Part shown: one piece after another, positions 26,765 through 36,293 of the stretch | Position numbering within the stretch: the first letter of the stretch is position 1 | How the letters are laid out: each line of letters opens with the position of its first letter | Assembly (NCBI GenBank): GCA_902789675.1 | Contig: CADAPG010000005.1 | Coordinates: 868 to 64,867, forward strand | Direction: 5' to 3' | DNA from: an uncultured Eubacteriales bacterium | GTDB taxonomy: Bacteria; Bacillota; Clostridia; Christensenellales; CAG-138 | Length of the DNA stretch: 64,000 nucleotides | Notes under the pieces: generated by a model | What the model was told of the DNA's origin: nothing | What the model saw: the letters and a program-made list of their open reading frames with translations, nothing else | Databases searched by the model: none | Program-made: the position numbers and the translations under genes

Positions 26765-27831
26765 TGTCATTCTTAATCAGCAAAACTCTGATCTACGCAG
26801 TCCCGCTGATGATCGTTGCGCTCGCAGGCGTTTTCGCAGAACGAAGCGGCGTCATCAACCTCGCGTTGGAAGGCATCATGATCTTCGGCGCATTCATCGG
26901 CGCGCTGACCATCAACCTGATGCAGAAGGCGAACACGTTCCAGATCATCGACGTCGCAAAGGACATGGGCGCGAACTGGGGCAAACTGCAGGCATTCCTG
27001 CTGCTGGTCATGCTGATCACGGCGGTAGCGGGCGCGGTGTTCTCATTGCTGCTCGCATTCGCGGCGATCAACCTGAAGGCGGACCAGACCATCGGCGGCA
27101 CGGCGCTGAACATGCTGTCTCCGGCGCTCGTCTGCTTCTTCATCCGTCTCATCGCGCAGCAGAGCGAATTGAGAATGTTCAAGGGCGACGCGGCAAGCTG
27201 GTTCATGGTGAAAAAGACCATGCTCGGCTTTGAAAAGTCGCAGGATATCGGGTTCCTCGGGGAGACCTTCCTGAACAAGGTCTACCTGACCACGTACATC
27301 TGTATCATCCTGTTCGTCCTGCTCTCGATCTTCCTCTATAAGACGCGCTTCGGTCTCCGTCTCCGCGCATGCGGCGAGAATCCGCAGGCGGCGGCTTCGC
27401 TGGGCATCAACGTCTTCAAGATGCGTTACAGCGGCGTGATCATTTCCGGCGCGCTTGCCGGCATGGGCGGCTTCGTCTATACGCTGACCACCGCGAACTG
27501 CGTGGCAAACGGCGACGTTGCGGGCTTCGGCTTCCTCGCTCTGGCGGTTATGATCTTCGGTAACTGGAAGCCGCTGAGCATTGCGGGCGCGGCGCTGCTG
27601 TTCGGTTTCTTCAAGTGTATCGCGGCGTCGTACTCCACGCTGGACATCAACGGCGACGGCATCGCGCTGCTGCTGAACCTCAGCAAGCATCCGACCTGGG
27701 GCAAGATCCTCAATCCGCATCTGTACCGCCTGATCCCGTACGTGATCTCGCTCTTAGTGCTCGCGTTCACTTCCAAGAAGTCCCGCGCGCCGAAGGCGGA
27801 AGGTATTCCGTACGACAAGGGCATGCGTTAA
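26764..27831 (+). CDS. ABC transporter permease (BMP-type system), copy 1b
   Basis: Polytopic membrane protein immediately following permease 1a. Confidence 0.85.
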   Translation: MSFLISKTLIYAVPLMIVALAGVFAERSGVINLALEGIMIFGAFIGALTINLMQKANTFQIIDVAKDMGANWGKLQAFLLLVMLITAVAGAVFSLLLAFAAINLKADQTIGGTALNMLSPALVCFFIRLIAQQSELRMFKGDAASWFMVKKTMLGFEKSQDIGFLGETFLNKVYLTTYICIILFVLLSIFLYKTRFGLRLRACGENPQAAASLGINVFKMRYSGVIISGALAGMGGFVYTLTTANCVANGDVAGFGFLALAVMIFGNWKPLSIAGAALLFGFFKCIAASYSTLDINGDGIALLLNLSKHPTWGKILNPHLYRLIPYVISLLVLAFTSKKSRAPKAEGIPYDKGMR

Positions 27832-27843
27832 GGGCAGAGCCCT

Positions 27844-27882
27844 CGGTCTGTTGAAAAGCATGTTTTCAACAGACCGGTTTTC
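27844..27882 (+). terminator. Intrinsic terminator after ABC operon 1
   Basis: 14-bp stem CGGTCTGTTGAAAA / TTTTCAACAGACCG followed by gttttc. Confidence 0.8.
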
Positions 27883-28034
27883 AGCCCGCGCCTATGCATC
27901 AAAGATGCACCGGGCGGCGCATCCACTTCGCTGTCGCTTCGTTACAGCGGCAGATCGCGCGCTGCCCGCGCGTACCATCGCAAAGAGTCAAATGCACCGC
28001 GCATGTCGCTGCATTTGACGGATTGAAATGTGAA

Positions 28035-28065
28035 AGGACCGTTCATTTCCGGACGGTCCTTTTTC
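28035..28065 (+). terminator. Terminator or attenuator hairpin directly upstream of the ytfI-like gene
   Basis: AGGACCG ... CGGTCCT followed by T5. Confidence 0.55.
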
Positions 28066-28100
28066 GTATGCAAAAACGGCGGATCGGAAATACTGTGCAT

Positions 28101-28667
28101 ATGGGTATTCTCATCGTTCTTTTCATGGTACTGTTCCTGATTCTGCTGCTGTCCATGCCGCTGATCGTCGAGGCAAGAGCGCGGATCGGCGTGCGCGGGG
28201 CGGTCGTGCACGGCAGGGTGTGGCTGCTCGGGCTTGTGCCGATTCCCGTCCGGCTGCGGATCTATCTGTTTGAGCAGCCGTATTTCACGCTCGGAATCGG
28301 AAAAAAACGCGTATTTCTGCTGCAAAAACAGAGGAAACAACAAAAGCCGCCGATCGCGGGCGTCCGGCTTCTGCGGCTCGGCACAAGGACGACCGTCGGC
28401 GTGGAAGGCGAGCCCGCGCAGGCGGTGCTGCTTGCGGGAACGCTCGCGGTTCTGCTTGCCATGCTGACGACGCGCGTTGCGGAGAGCGGCAGCGCAGGAG
28501 CGGCGCTGGCAAAGACCTCGCTGTTTCGGATCACGGCAGGCGTGCAGGCGATCGTGTCCCCGCCGCAGCTGCTGTTTTCGATCGCGCGCCGGCGTATAGC
28601 GCGGCGCAAAGCGGCAAACAATACCCGTAAACTCAAAGAAAAGAGGACATCCTATGCATCCTGTTGA
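28101..28667 (+). CDS. DUF2953/YtfI-like membrane protein (start uncertain: 28068 or 28101)
   Basis: N-terminal TM helix ILIVLFMVLFLILLLSMPLIV. Sits immediately upstream of, and overlapping, a ytfJ homologue as in Bacillus ytfI-ytfJ. The ORF-track start 27894 spans a terminator and was rejected. Confidence 0.5.
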   Translation: MGILIVLFMVLFLILLLSMPLIVEARARIGVRGAVVHGRVWLLGLVPIPVRLRIYLFEQPYFTLGIGKKRVFLLQKQRKQQKPPIAGVRLLRLGTRTTVGVEGEPAQAVLLAGTLAVLLAMLTTRVAESGSAGAALAKTSLFRITAGVQAIVSPPQLLFSIARRRIARRKAANNTRKLKEKRTSYASC

Positions 28668-29079
28668 AACGATTCTGCAAACGACGATGCGCGAGCTCAA
28701 GAACATCGTCGACGTCAATACGATCGTGGGCTCGCCGATTTACGGCGAGGGCGGCGCGGTCGTGATTCCGGTCTCAAAAGTCTGCCTCGGCTTCTTTGCG
28801 GGCGGCGGCGATTTCCCGACGCAGGCGGTGGCGAAGAAGGGCGCGCCGGATTTCGACGCAAACGGCTATCCCTTCCTCGGCGCAAGCGTCGTCGGCGTCT
28901 CGATCAGCCCGAAGGCGTTTCTGTACATGCAGGGCAAAGAGGTGACGCTGCTGCATGCCGACTGCGACAACACGCTCGACCGGCTCGTGCAGATGATCCC
29001 GACCGCATTGACCGAGATCCGCGACGCGATCGAAAACGTTCGCGCGCAGCGGCAGAGCCCGCCGGAGGACGAGCCGTGA
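28654..29079 (+). CDS. ytfJ: GerW/YtfJ-family sporulation protein
   Basis: VNTIVGSPIYGEGGAVVIPVSKVCLGFFAGGGDF matches the remembered YtfJ pattern. Confidence 0.8.
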   Translation: MHPVETILQTTMRELKNIVDVNTIVGSPIYGEGGAVVIPVSKVCLGFFAGGGDFPTQAVAKKGAPDFDANGYPFLGASVVGVSISPKAFLYMQGKEVTLLHADCDNTLDRLVQMIPTALTEIRDAIENVRAQRQSPPEDEP

Positions 29080-30182
29080 AACGGCTTTGCGTCGCGCTGT
29101 TCGCCGTACTGCTGCTGATCCCGCGGATCGCAAAGGCGGAGGAAGCGTTTCCGGACGTGCCCGCCGAGGCGGCGTATCTCATCGAGGCGAATTCCGGCCG
29201 CGTGCTGTATGCGAAAAACGAGAGCGCGCGGCTGCCGATGGCGAGCACGACCAAGATCATGACCGCGCTTTTGGCGATCGAATCGGGCAGGCTCGACGAG
29301 CTTGTGACCGTTCCGGACGAAGCCGTCGGCACGGAGGGCTCGTCGATGTACCTGCGGACGGGCGAACGGATCCCGCTCCGCGATCTCGTGTACGGGCTGA
29401 TGCTCGTCTCCGGCAACGACGCGGCGGTTGCGATCGCGTACATCCTGGACGGCGGCACGGCGGCGTTTGCGGACCGCATGAACGCGCGGGCGCGGGCGCT
29501 CGGCATGGACGATACGCATTTCGTCACGCCGAACGGACTGCACGATCCGGCGCACTGTACGACGGCGAAGGACCTGGCGCTGCTCGGCGCGGCAGCGCTT
29601 GAAAACCCGGCGTTTGCGGAGATCGCGCGGACGCAGTATCGGAAAACGGAGGGCACGAACCCGCACACGCTGAAGAACAAGAACCGGCTCCTGTGGGAGT
29701 ATGAGGGCGGGATCGGCGTCAAGACCGGCTACACGAAGGCGGCGGGGAAGTGCCTCGTCTTTGCGGCGGAGCGCGGCGGGATGAAGCTTGTCGGCGCGAT
29801 CCTGAACTGTCCCACGATGTGGAACACGGCAAAATCCATGCTCGACGCGGGCTTCCGGCTCTATACCGCAAAGCAGTTTGTGTCCGCGGACACGGTTTTT
29901 CTGATCCCCGTGCAAAACGGCGTGAAAAAAACATTGTGCGCCGCGCCGATCCGCGGTATACTGTATCCGACGGAGACCGGCGGGGAAGAAACGTTTGCCG
30001 TGGAGACGTCGCTCGATCCGGACCTTAATGCGCCGGTGCGGGCGGGGGACACGGTCGGAAGCGTTTCGCTTCTCAGAAACGGGGTCGTCGCGGCAACGGT
30101 TCCGATCGTTGCGGCGGAGACGGTCGAACCGGCGGGCTTCGGTTACTATCTCAGAAAGGCGGTCTCGGCGTTTTTCGGCTGA
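29076..30182 (+). CDS. D-alanyl-D-alanine carboxypeptidase (S11 low-MW PBP)
   Basis: SxxK (STTK), SxN (SGND) and KTG (KTGYT) motifs plus a signal peptide. GTGA overlap with ytfJ. Confidence 0.9.
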   Translation: MKRLCVALFAVLLLIPRIAKAEEAFPDVPAEAAYLIEANSGRVLYAKNESARLPMASTTKIMTALLAIESGRLDELVTVPDEAVGTEGSSMYLRTGERIPLRDLVYGLMLVSGNDAAVAIAYILDGGTAAFADRMNARARALGMDDTHFVTPNGLHDPAHCTTAKDLALLGAAALENPAFAEIARTQYRKTEGTNPHTLKNKNRLLWEYEGGIGVKTGYTKAAGKCLVFAAERGGMKLVGAILNCPTMWNTAKSMLDAGFRLYTAKQFVSADTVFLIPVQNGVKKTLCAAPIRGILYPTETGGEETFAVETSLDPDLNAPVRAGDTVGSVSLLRNGVVAATVPIVAAETVEPAGFGYYLRKAVSAFFG

Positions 30183-30200
30183 ACCGCAGGGGCGGGGCAT

Positions 30201-30917
30201 ATGCGTTTACAGAAATTCATGGCGGATTGCGGCGTGGCGTCGCGACGCGCCTGCGAAACGATCATCACGGACGGACGGGTCACGGTCAACGGCATCCCGG
30301 CCGTCCTCGGCATGTCCGTGGAGGAAACGGACGACGTGCGGCTGGACGGCAAGCGCCTTACGCCGCAGGCGGAGCGCGTCGTGCTGATGCTGTACAAGCC
30401 GCGCGGCGTGGTCTCGACCTCGAGCGACGAGTCGGGACGAAAGACCGTGCAGGCGTTCGTTTCCGAGCTGCCGTACCGGCTGTACAACGTCGGGCGGCTC
30501 GACCTGAATTCCGAGGGGCTGCTGCTGCTGACGAACGACGGCGAGCTTGCGAACCATCTGATGCACCCGCGCTACAAGGTGGACAAGACCTATCGCGTGG
30601 TGTGCGACGGAACGCTTTCGGCGTCGGAGATCGCAACGCTCACGAACGGCGTGCTGCTCGACGACGGGTTCACGGCACCGGCAAGGGTGACGAACATCCG
30701 CCGCTCCACGACCGGCGGCACGGCGTTTTCGATCACGATCCACGAGGGCAGAAACCGCCAGATCCGGCGCATGCTCGAGGCGGTCGGACACCGCACGCTG
30801 CGGCTGAAGCGCGAGGCGTACGGACCTTTGAAGCTCGGCGATCTTCGTCCCGGCGAGTGGCGGTACCTTACGAAGGAGGAGATCGACGGACTGAATGAGG
30901 CAAGCGGCACAAAATGA
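30201..30917 (+). CDS. rluB: Pseudouridine synthase, RsuA/RluB family
   Basis: S4 domain MRLQKFMADCGVASRRACE and the catalytic GRLDLNSEGLLLLTNDG. Confidence 0.9.
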   Translation: MRLQKFMADCGVASRRACETIITDGRVTVNGIPAVLGMSVEETDDVRLDGKRLTPQAERVVLMLYKPRGVVSTSSDESGRKTVQAFVSELPYRLYNVGRLDLNSEGLLLLTNDGELANHLMHPRYKVDKTYRVVCDGTLSASEIATLTNGVLLDDGFTAPARVTNIRRSTTGGTAFSITIHEGRNRQIRRMLEAVGHRTLRLKREAYGPLKLGDLRPGEWRYLTKEEIDGLNEASGTK

Positions 30918-30926
30918 ACGATTCCC

Positions 30927-30959
30927 GCAGGCAGTTCCTTCCCGGACAGCCTGCTTTTT
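30927..30959 (+). terminator. Probable intrinsic terminator after rluB
   Basis: GCAGGC ... GCCTGC followed by T5. The 16-nt loop is long. Confidence 0.45.
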
Positions 30960-31022
30960 GACAGGAATATGCAAAATTATATATCTTTAGATGGCAAATT
31001 GAATATTCTGCCTCCGGATCGC

Positions 31023-31051
31023 TTGACTTTATGCACGGTTGCGGTTACAAT
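31023..31051 (+). promoter_or_regulatory. SigA-type promoter TTGACT-N17-TACAAT for BMP operon 2
   Basis: Hexamers and spacing read directly. It lies 80 nt upstream of ATG31131. Confidence 0.55.
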
Positions 31052-31130
31052 ATAAATGCGTATTGCGTTGTGAACACGGCGAACCGTGTGCTGCGATACA
31101 GCAAATTCAGAAATGAGTATGGAGGGAAAC

Positions 31131-32363
31131 ATGAAGAAATTTTTTGCAATCGTTCTTTGCCTGCTGATGGTTGCCGCTCTGGTTGCCTGCAAGACAACGG
31201 ATGCTGAGAAGCCTGCAGAGAACCAGGAACAGACGCAGAATGAAACGAAAGGTCTGGACATCAAGGTCGGCTTTATCTGCCTGCATGATGAGAACTCCAC
31301 CTACGACCTGAACTTCATCAACGCGGCGAAAGGCGCATGCGCGACGCTCGGCATCACGGACTACATCATCAAGACGAACATCCCCGAGGGTCAGGAATGC
31401 TACGAGACCGCGGCGGACATGGCGGCTTCCGGCTGCAAGATCATCTTTGCGGACAGCTTCGGTCATGAGGACTACATGATCCAGGCGGCAAAGGAATTCC
31501 CGGATGTCCAGTTCTGCCACGCAACGGGCACCAAGGCGCACACCGAGAATCTCCCGAACTACCACAACGCATTCGCGGCGATCTACGAGGGCCGTTACCT
31601 CGCGGGTATCGCGGCGGGCATGAAACTCCAGCAGATGCTCGATGAGGGCAAGATCACCAAGGACCAGCTCAAGATCGGCTACGTCGGCGCGTTCACCTAT
31701 GCAGAGGTCGTTTCCGGCTACACCTCCTTCTTCCTGGGCGTCCGCTCCATCGTTCCGGAGGTCACCATGGAAGTTACCTTCACCGGTTCCTGGTATGATG
31801 AGACCGCCGAAAAGGAAGGCGCTATGAAGCTGATCAACAACGGCTGCGTGCTCATTTCGCAGCATGCTGACTCCATGGGCGCACCGTCCGCTTGCGAGAG
31901 CATGGGCGTTCCGAACGTCTCCTACAACGGCAGCACCGTCAAGGTCGGCCCGAACACCTACATCGTTTCTTCCCGCATCAACTGGGAGCCGTACTATGAG
32001 TACGCGATCAAGGCTGCGGCGGCAGGCGAAGCGATCCCGGCAGACTGGACCGGCACGATCGAGACCGGCTCCGTTGAGCTCTTCGAGCTGAACAGCGCGG
32101 TTGCGGCAGACGGCACGCAGGCGAAGATCGACGAGGCGAAGGCTGCGATGATCGCGGGCACGCTCCACGTCTTCAGCACCGATGCGTTCACCGTCGGCGG
32201 CGAAAAGCTTACGAGCTATATGGCAGACGTCGACACCGATCCGGCATACACCCCGGACACCGAGGTCATCAAGGACGGTTACTTCCATGAGTCCGAGTTC
32301 CGCAGCGCGCCGTACTTCGATCTGCGCATCGACGGCATCACCCTGCTGAACGAGAGCTATTAA
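31131..32363 (+). CDS. BMP-family ABC transporter substrate-binding lipoprotein, copy 2
   Basis: Signal peptide with lipobox LVAC. GGAGGG lies upstream of ATG31131. BMP-like body. Confidence 0.85.
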   Translation: MKKFFAIVLCLLMVAALVACKTTDAEKPAENQEQTQNETKGLDIKVGFICLHDENSTYDLNFINAAKGACATLGITDYIIKTNIPEGQECYETAADMAASGCKIIFADSFGHEDYMIQAAKEFPDVQFCHATGTKAHTENLPNYHNAFAAIYEGRYLAGIAAGMKLQQMLDEGKITKDQLKIGYVGAFTYAEVVSGYTSFFLGVRSIVPEVTMEVTFTGSWYDETAEKEGAMKLINNGCVLISQHADSMGAPSACESMGVPNVSYNGSTVKVGPNTYIVSSRINWEPYYEYAIKAAAAGEAIPADWTGTIETGSVELFELNSAVAADGTQAKIDEAKAAMIAGTLHVFSTDAFTVGGEKLTSYMADVDTDPAYTPDTEVIKDGYFHESEFRSAPYFDLRIDGITLLNESY

Positions 32364-32381
32364 GTCGCATCAGAACCCCTT

Positions 32382-32413
32382 GCAGGCAGTCAAATGACTG
32401 CCTGCTTTTTTTT
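32382..32413 (+). terminator. Intrinsic terminator between the SBP and ATPase genes of operon 2
   Basis: GCAGGCAGTCA-aa-TGACTGCCTGC followed by T8. Confidence 0.85.
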
Positions 32414-32434
32414 CGCCTGCGGGATCGGTTTTCA

Positions 32435-32463
32435 TTTACAAATGAAATCTTATATGATACAAT
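32435..32463 (+). promoter_or_regulatory. SigA-type promoter TTTACA-N17-TACAAT for the ATPase/permease genes of operon 2
   Basis: Hexamers and spacing read directly. Confidence 0.5.
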
Positions 32464-32502
32464 ACTGTATTATCGGCAGAAGTGTTTTCTTCTGCGGAAA
32501 GG

Positions 32503-34053
32503 ATGGGGGACTTGGAAGCAGTCAAAAATGCCGTCAGGATGGAAGGCATCACCAAGCATTTCGGCAGCGTGATCGCCAACCGGGATATTCATCTCGAACT
32601 GCATGAAGGCGAGATCCTTTCGCTGCTCGGCGAGAACGGCAGCGGAAAGACCACGCTGATGAACATGCTCTCCGGTATTTATTATCCGGACGAGGGACAG
32701 ATCTATATCCATGATAAACCGGTGACGATCCGGTCGCCGAAGGACGCGTTTGAGAACGGGATCGGCATGATCCATCAGCATTTCAAGCTGGTGGACGTCT
32801 TTACCGCGACGGAAAACATCATCCTCGGGCTCAAGGAAGAAGGCATGCTGAACCTGAAGCGCGCCGCAAAAAGGATCAAGGAGATCAGCGACCGCTACGG
32901 GTTCGAGATCGATCCGAATCAAAAGGTGTACAATATGTCGGTATCGCAGAAGCAGACCGTTGAGATCATCAAGGTCCTGTATCGCGGCGCCGATATTCTG
33001 ATTTTGGACGAGCCGACGGCGGTTCTGACGCCGCAGGAGACGGACAAGCTCTTCAAGGTCATGCGCAACATGCAGAAGGACGGCAAGTCGCTGATCATCA
33101 TCACGCATAAGCTGCATGAGGTTTTAGAGGTCTCCGACCGCGTTGCGATCCTGCGGAAGGGCGAGTATATCGGCGACGTGCTGACCAGGGACGCAAACCA
33201 GCAAAGTCTGACCGACATGATGGTCGGACGCGCCGTTTCACTCAACATCGACCGTCCGCGCTCGCAGGAGATCCATCCGCGGCTGATCGTCGAACACCTG
33301 ACGGTCAAGGACATCGAGGGCGTGAAGCGGCTTGACGACATCAACTTCACGGCGAATTCCGGCGAGATCCTCGGCATTGCGGGCATCGCGGGGAGCGGGC
33401 AGCGCGAGCTTCTGGAATCGATCGCGGGCATGCAGACCGTGGAACCGGGCAGCAAGATCACCTATATCGATCCGGAGACCGATCTGGAACAGAACCTTGT
33501 CGGCATGGATCCTTTGAAGATCATTCGCTCCGGCGTGCTGCTGTCGTTCGTGCCGGAGGACCGCTTCGGCATGGGACTGGTCGGCAGCATGAGCATTGCG
33601 GATAACGTCATGCTGCGGAGCTACCGGAGAGGAAAACACAATCCGTTCCTCGACCGCAAGTTCCCGAAAGCCCTTGCAAACAAGATCGTCAACGATCTCG
33701 AGGTCGTCACGCCGAACGTGGATCAGATTCCGCTGCGCCGTCTTTCCGGCGGCAACGTGCAGAAGGTGCTGGTCGGACGCGAGATCGAGCAGAACCCGAC
33801 GGTGCTGATGACCGCTTACGCGGTGCGCGGACTGGACATCAACACGTCCTACACGATCTATAACCTTTTGACCGAGCAAAAGATGAAAGGCGTCGCCGTC
33901 ATCTACGTCGGCGAAGATCTGGACGTTCTTCTGGAGCTTTGCGACCGCATCCTGGTGCTTTGCGGCGGCAAGGTGTCCGGCATCGTGGACGGGCGTTCCG
34001 TCACCAAGGAACAAGTCGGTCTCTTGATGACCAAGGTCGGGGGAGGTGAATAA
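32503..34053 (+). CDS. ABC transporter ATP-binding protein (duplicated ATPase), copy 2
   Basis: Walker A GENGSGKTT and signature LSGGNVQK, with two ATPase halves. Confidence 0.9.
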   Translation: MGDLEAVKNAVRMEGITKHFGSVIANRDIHLELHEGEILSLLGENGSGKTTLMNMLSGIYYPDEGQIYIHDKPVTIRSPKDAFENGIGMIHQHFKLVDVFTATENIILGLKEEGMLNLKRAAKRIKEISDRYGFEIDPNQKVYNMSVSQKQTVEIIKVLYRGADILILDEPTAVLTPQETDKLFKVMRNMQKDGKSLIIITHKLHEVLEVSDRVAILRKGEYIGDVLTRDANQQSLTDMMVGRAVSLNIDRPRSQEIHPRLIVEHLTVKDIEGVKRLDDINFTANSGEILGIAGIAGSGQRELLESIAGMQTVEPGSKITYIDPETDLEQNLVGMDPLKIIRSGVLLSFVPEDRFGMGLVGSMSIADNVMLRSYRRGKHNPFLDRKFPKALANKIVNDLEVVTPNVDQIPLRRLSGGNVQKVLVGREIEQNPTVLMTAYAVRGLDINTSYTIYNLLTEQKMKGVAVIYVGEDLDVLLELCDRILVLCGGKVSGIVDGRSVTKEQVGLLMTKVGGGE

Positions 34054-35194
34054 GATGCTGCATATTTCAAAGCGGTCGGGACTCCCCGTATGGAAGGCAT
34101 GGCTGATCCGCGGCGCGGCGATCCTGCTTGCGCTCGTCGTCTGCTCGATCGTCACGATGATCGTGACCAAGCTGAACCCGATCACCGTGTTCAAGACCAT
34201 GTTCGAAGGAACGCTGGGCACGCAGAGGCGCGTGTGGGTCACCGTCTACCGTCTCGTGATCCTGCTCGGCATTTCCCTTGCGGTCACGCCTGCGTTCAAG
34301 ATGCGGTTCTGGAACATCGGCGCCGAGGGACAGGTGCTGATCGGCGCGTTCGCAACGGCGATCTGCATGTTCTATGCGGGCAAGATGCCGTTCTTCCAGA
34401 ATCCGGACATTCCGCTTTCGGTCAAGAACCTCATCCTGATCCCCTGCATGGTGCTCGCGAGTCTGCTTGCAGGCGCGCTGTGGGGCTTTTTGCCCGCGTT
34501 TTTCAAGTCGCGCTGGAACACGAACGAAACGCTGTTTACGCTGATGATGAACTACGTCGCGCTGCAGCTTGTCAAGTTCATGATCTCCTATCGCGGATTC
34601 AAGTATATCTGGTCTCCGAACGGCACGGTGGTCGGCATCATCAATTCCGACGCCTCGCTCGGCTCCTACGGCGTGGGGTGGCTTCCGGAGATCGGCGGTT
34701 CGCGGTATCTGCTTCCGACGGCGGTGATCGGCGTGCTGACGGTCGTGCTGTATCTGTACCTCCGGTACAGCAAGCACGGCTATGAGATCGCGGTCGTCGG
34801 CGAAAGCGAGCGCACCGCGTCGTATTCGGGCATCAAGGTCAATCGCGTCATCATCCGCACGATGGTCCTTTCCGGCATGCTGTGCGGTCTGGTCGGCTGT
34901 CTCTTGGCGGGAACCGACCGTACGCTGACCGATACGCTCGTCGACGGACGCGGCTATACGGCGGTCATGGTTTCGTGGATGTCGAAGTTCAATCCGATTG
35001 GCATGATCTTCTCGTCGTTTTTGATCGTGTTCATGCAGTACGGCGCAAAGGAGGTCGCAAGCCGTCCGGAGCTCGGACTGAACCATTCGTTCGCGGATAT
35101 TCTGACCGGCATCATTCTGTTCTTCATCATCGGCTGCGAGTTCTTCATCAACTATCAGCTGCAGTTCAGCCGGCACAAGAAACGGGAGGTGTAA
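34046..35194 (+). CDS. ABC transporter permease, copy 2a
   Basis: Polytopic membrane protein that overlaps the end of the ATPase gene. Confidence 0.85.
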   Translation: MNKMLHISKRSGLPVWKAWLIRGAAILLALVVCSIVTMIVTKLNPITVFKTMFEGTLGTQRRVWVTVYRLVILLGISLAVTPAFKMRFWNIGAEGQVLIGAFATAICMFYAGKMPFFQNPDIPLSVKNLILIPCMVLASLLAGALWGFLPAFFKSRWNTNETLFTLMMNYVALQLVKFMISYRGFKYIWSPNGTVVGIINSDASLGSYGVGWLPEIGGSRYLLPTAVIGVLTVVLYLYLRYSKHGYEIAVVGESERTASYSGIKVNRVIIRTMVLSGMLCGLVGCLLAGTDRTLTDTLVDGRGYTAVMVSWMSKFNPIGMIFSSFLIVFMQYGAKEVASRPELGLNHSFADILTGIILFFIIGCEFFINYQLQFSRHKKREV

Positions 35195-35199
35195 ACGGT

Positions 35200-36153
35200 A
35201 TGTGGGAATTCTTGGTATCATTCATCCCGAGAGCGGTCATGCAGGGCATGCCGCTGCTATACGGCAGTACCGGTGAGATCCTCACGGAGAAGGCGGGCAA
35301 CCTGAACCTCGGTATTCCGGGCATCATGTATGTCGGCGCGATCTCCGGCGTCATCGGCGCGTTCTTCTATGAGCAGGCAACGATCGGCGCGGGGCAGCCG
35401 ATGGTCGGCATCCTTGCGGTGCTGATCCCGATGCTCTGCTGTCTTCTCGGCTCGTTCCTGATGGGGCTTCTCTATTGCTTCCTGACCGTTACGCTGCGCG
35501 CGAACCAGAACGTCACCGGTCTTGCCATGACGATGTTCGGCGTCGGCTTCGGCAACTTCTTCGGCGGCTCCCTGATCAAGCTGGCGCACAGCGAGGTCCC
35601 GAGCCTGACGTTTGCCGCGACCTGCAACTTCTTCGGCGACGGCAAGCATCCGGGCTGGCTTGCGTATCTCGGCATCGTCATTGCGATCCTTGCCTCGCTG
35701 TTTTTGCGGTACACCCGCAAGGGCATGCAGCTGCGCGCGGTCGGCGAGAATCCGGCGACTGCGGATGCGGCGGGCATCAACGTGACGCGGTACAAGTACG
35801 TTGCAACGCTCGTCGGCAGCATGATCGCGGGGCTCGGCGGACTCTACTACGTCATGGAGTGCGCGCATGGCACGTGGGCGAACGAGGGCTTCGGCGACCG
35901 TGGCTGGCTGGCGATTGCGCTGGTCATCTTCACGACATGGCGTCCGAGCGTCAGCATCTTTGCGTCGATCCTGTTCGGCGGGCTCATCATCCTGTCCGAG
36001 CATCTGTCGCTTCCGCTCGGCATCAAGGAGCTCTATAAGCTCGCGCCGTACGTGGTCACGCTGCTGGTGCTCATCATCGTCTCGCTGCGCAAGAAGCGCG
36101 AGAATCAGCCGCCGCAGAGCCTCGGGCTTGCGTACTTCCGCGAAGAGCGGTAA
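35200..36153 (+). CDS. ABC transporter permease, copy 2b
   Basis: Starts at MWEFLVSFIPRAVMQG (ATG35200), 6 nt after permease 2a. The ORF-track extension to 34882 was rejected. Confidence 0.85.
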   Translation: MWEFLVSFIPRAVMQGMPLLYGSTGEILTEKAGNLNLGIPGIMYVGAISGVIGAFFYEQATIGAGQPMVGILAVLIPMLCCLLGSFLMGLLYCFLTVTLRANQNVTGLAMTMFGVGFGNFFGGSLIKLAHSEVPSLTFAATCNFFGDGKHPGWLAYLGIVIAILASLFLRYTRKGMQLRAVGENPATADAAGINVTRYKYVATLVGSMIAGLGGLYYVMECAHGTWANEGFGDRGWLAIALVIFTTWRPSVSIFASILFGGLIILSEHLSLPLGIKELYKLAPYVVTLLVLIIVSLRKKRENQPPQSLGLAYFREER

Positions 36154-36174
36154 AATCCTTGCAACTGCATACGG

Positions 36175-36205
36175 GCACAGCTCTTTTCGGGGCTGTGCTT
36201 TTTTT
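36175..36205 (+). terminator. Intrinsic terminator after ABC operon 2
   Basis: GCACAGC ... GCTGTGC followed by T7. Confidence 0.7.
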
Positions 36206-36223
36206 GATTCCGGGAGAATACGC

Positions 36224-36252
36224 TTGACAGATTCGGTCTATCGTGATAAACT
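36224..36252 (+). promoter_or_regulatory. Candidate promoter TTGACA-N17-TAAACT for blaI/blaR1
   Basis: Perfect -35 box, 17-nt spacer, 4/6 match at -10. It lies 42 nt upstream of ATG36294. Confidence 0.45.
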
Positions 36253-36293
36253 GCACATGAGGTCTATTTGAATAAACCAAAGGAGAAGCATGT

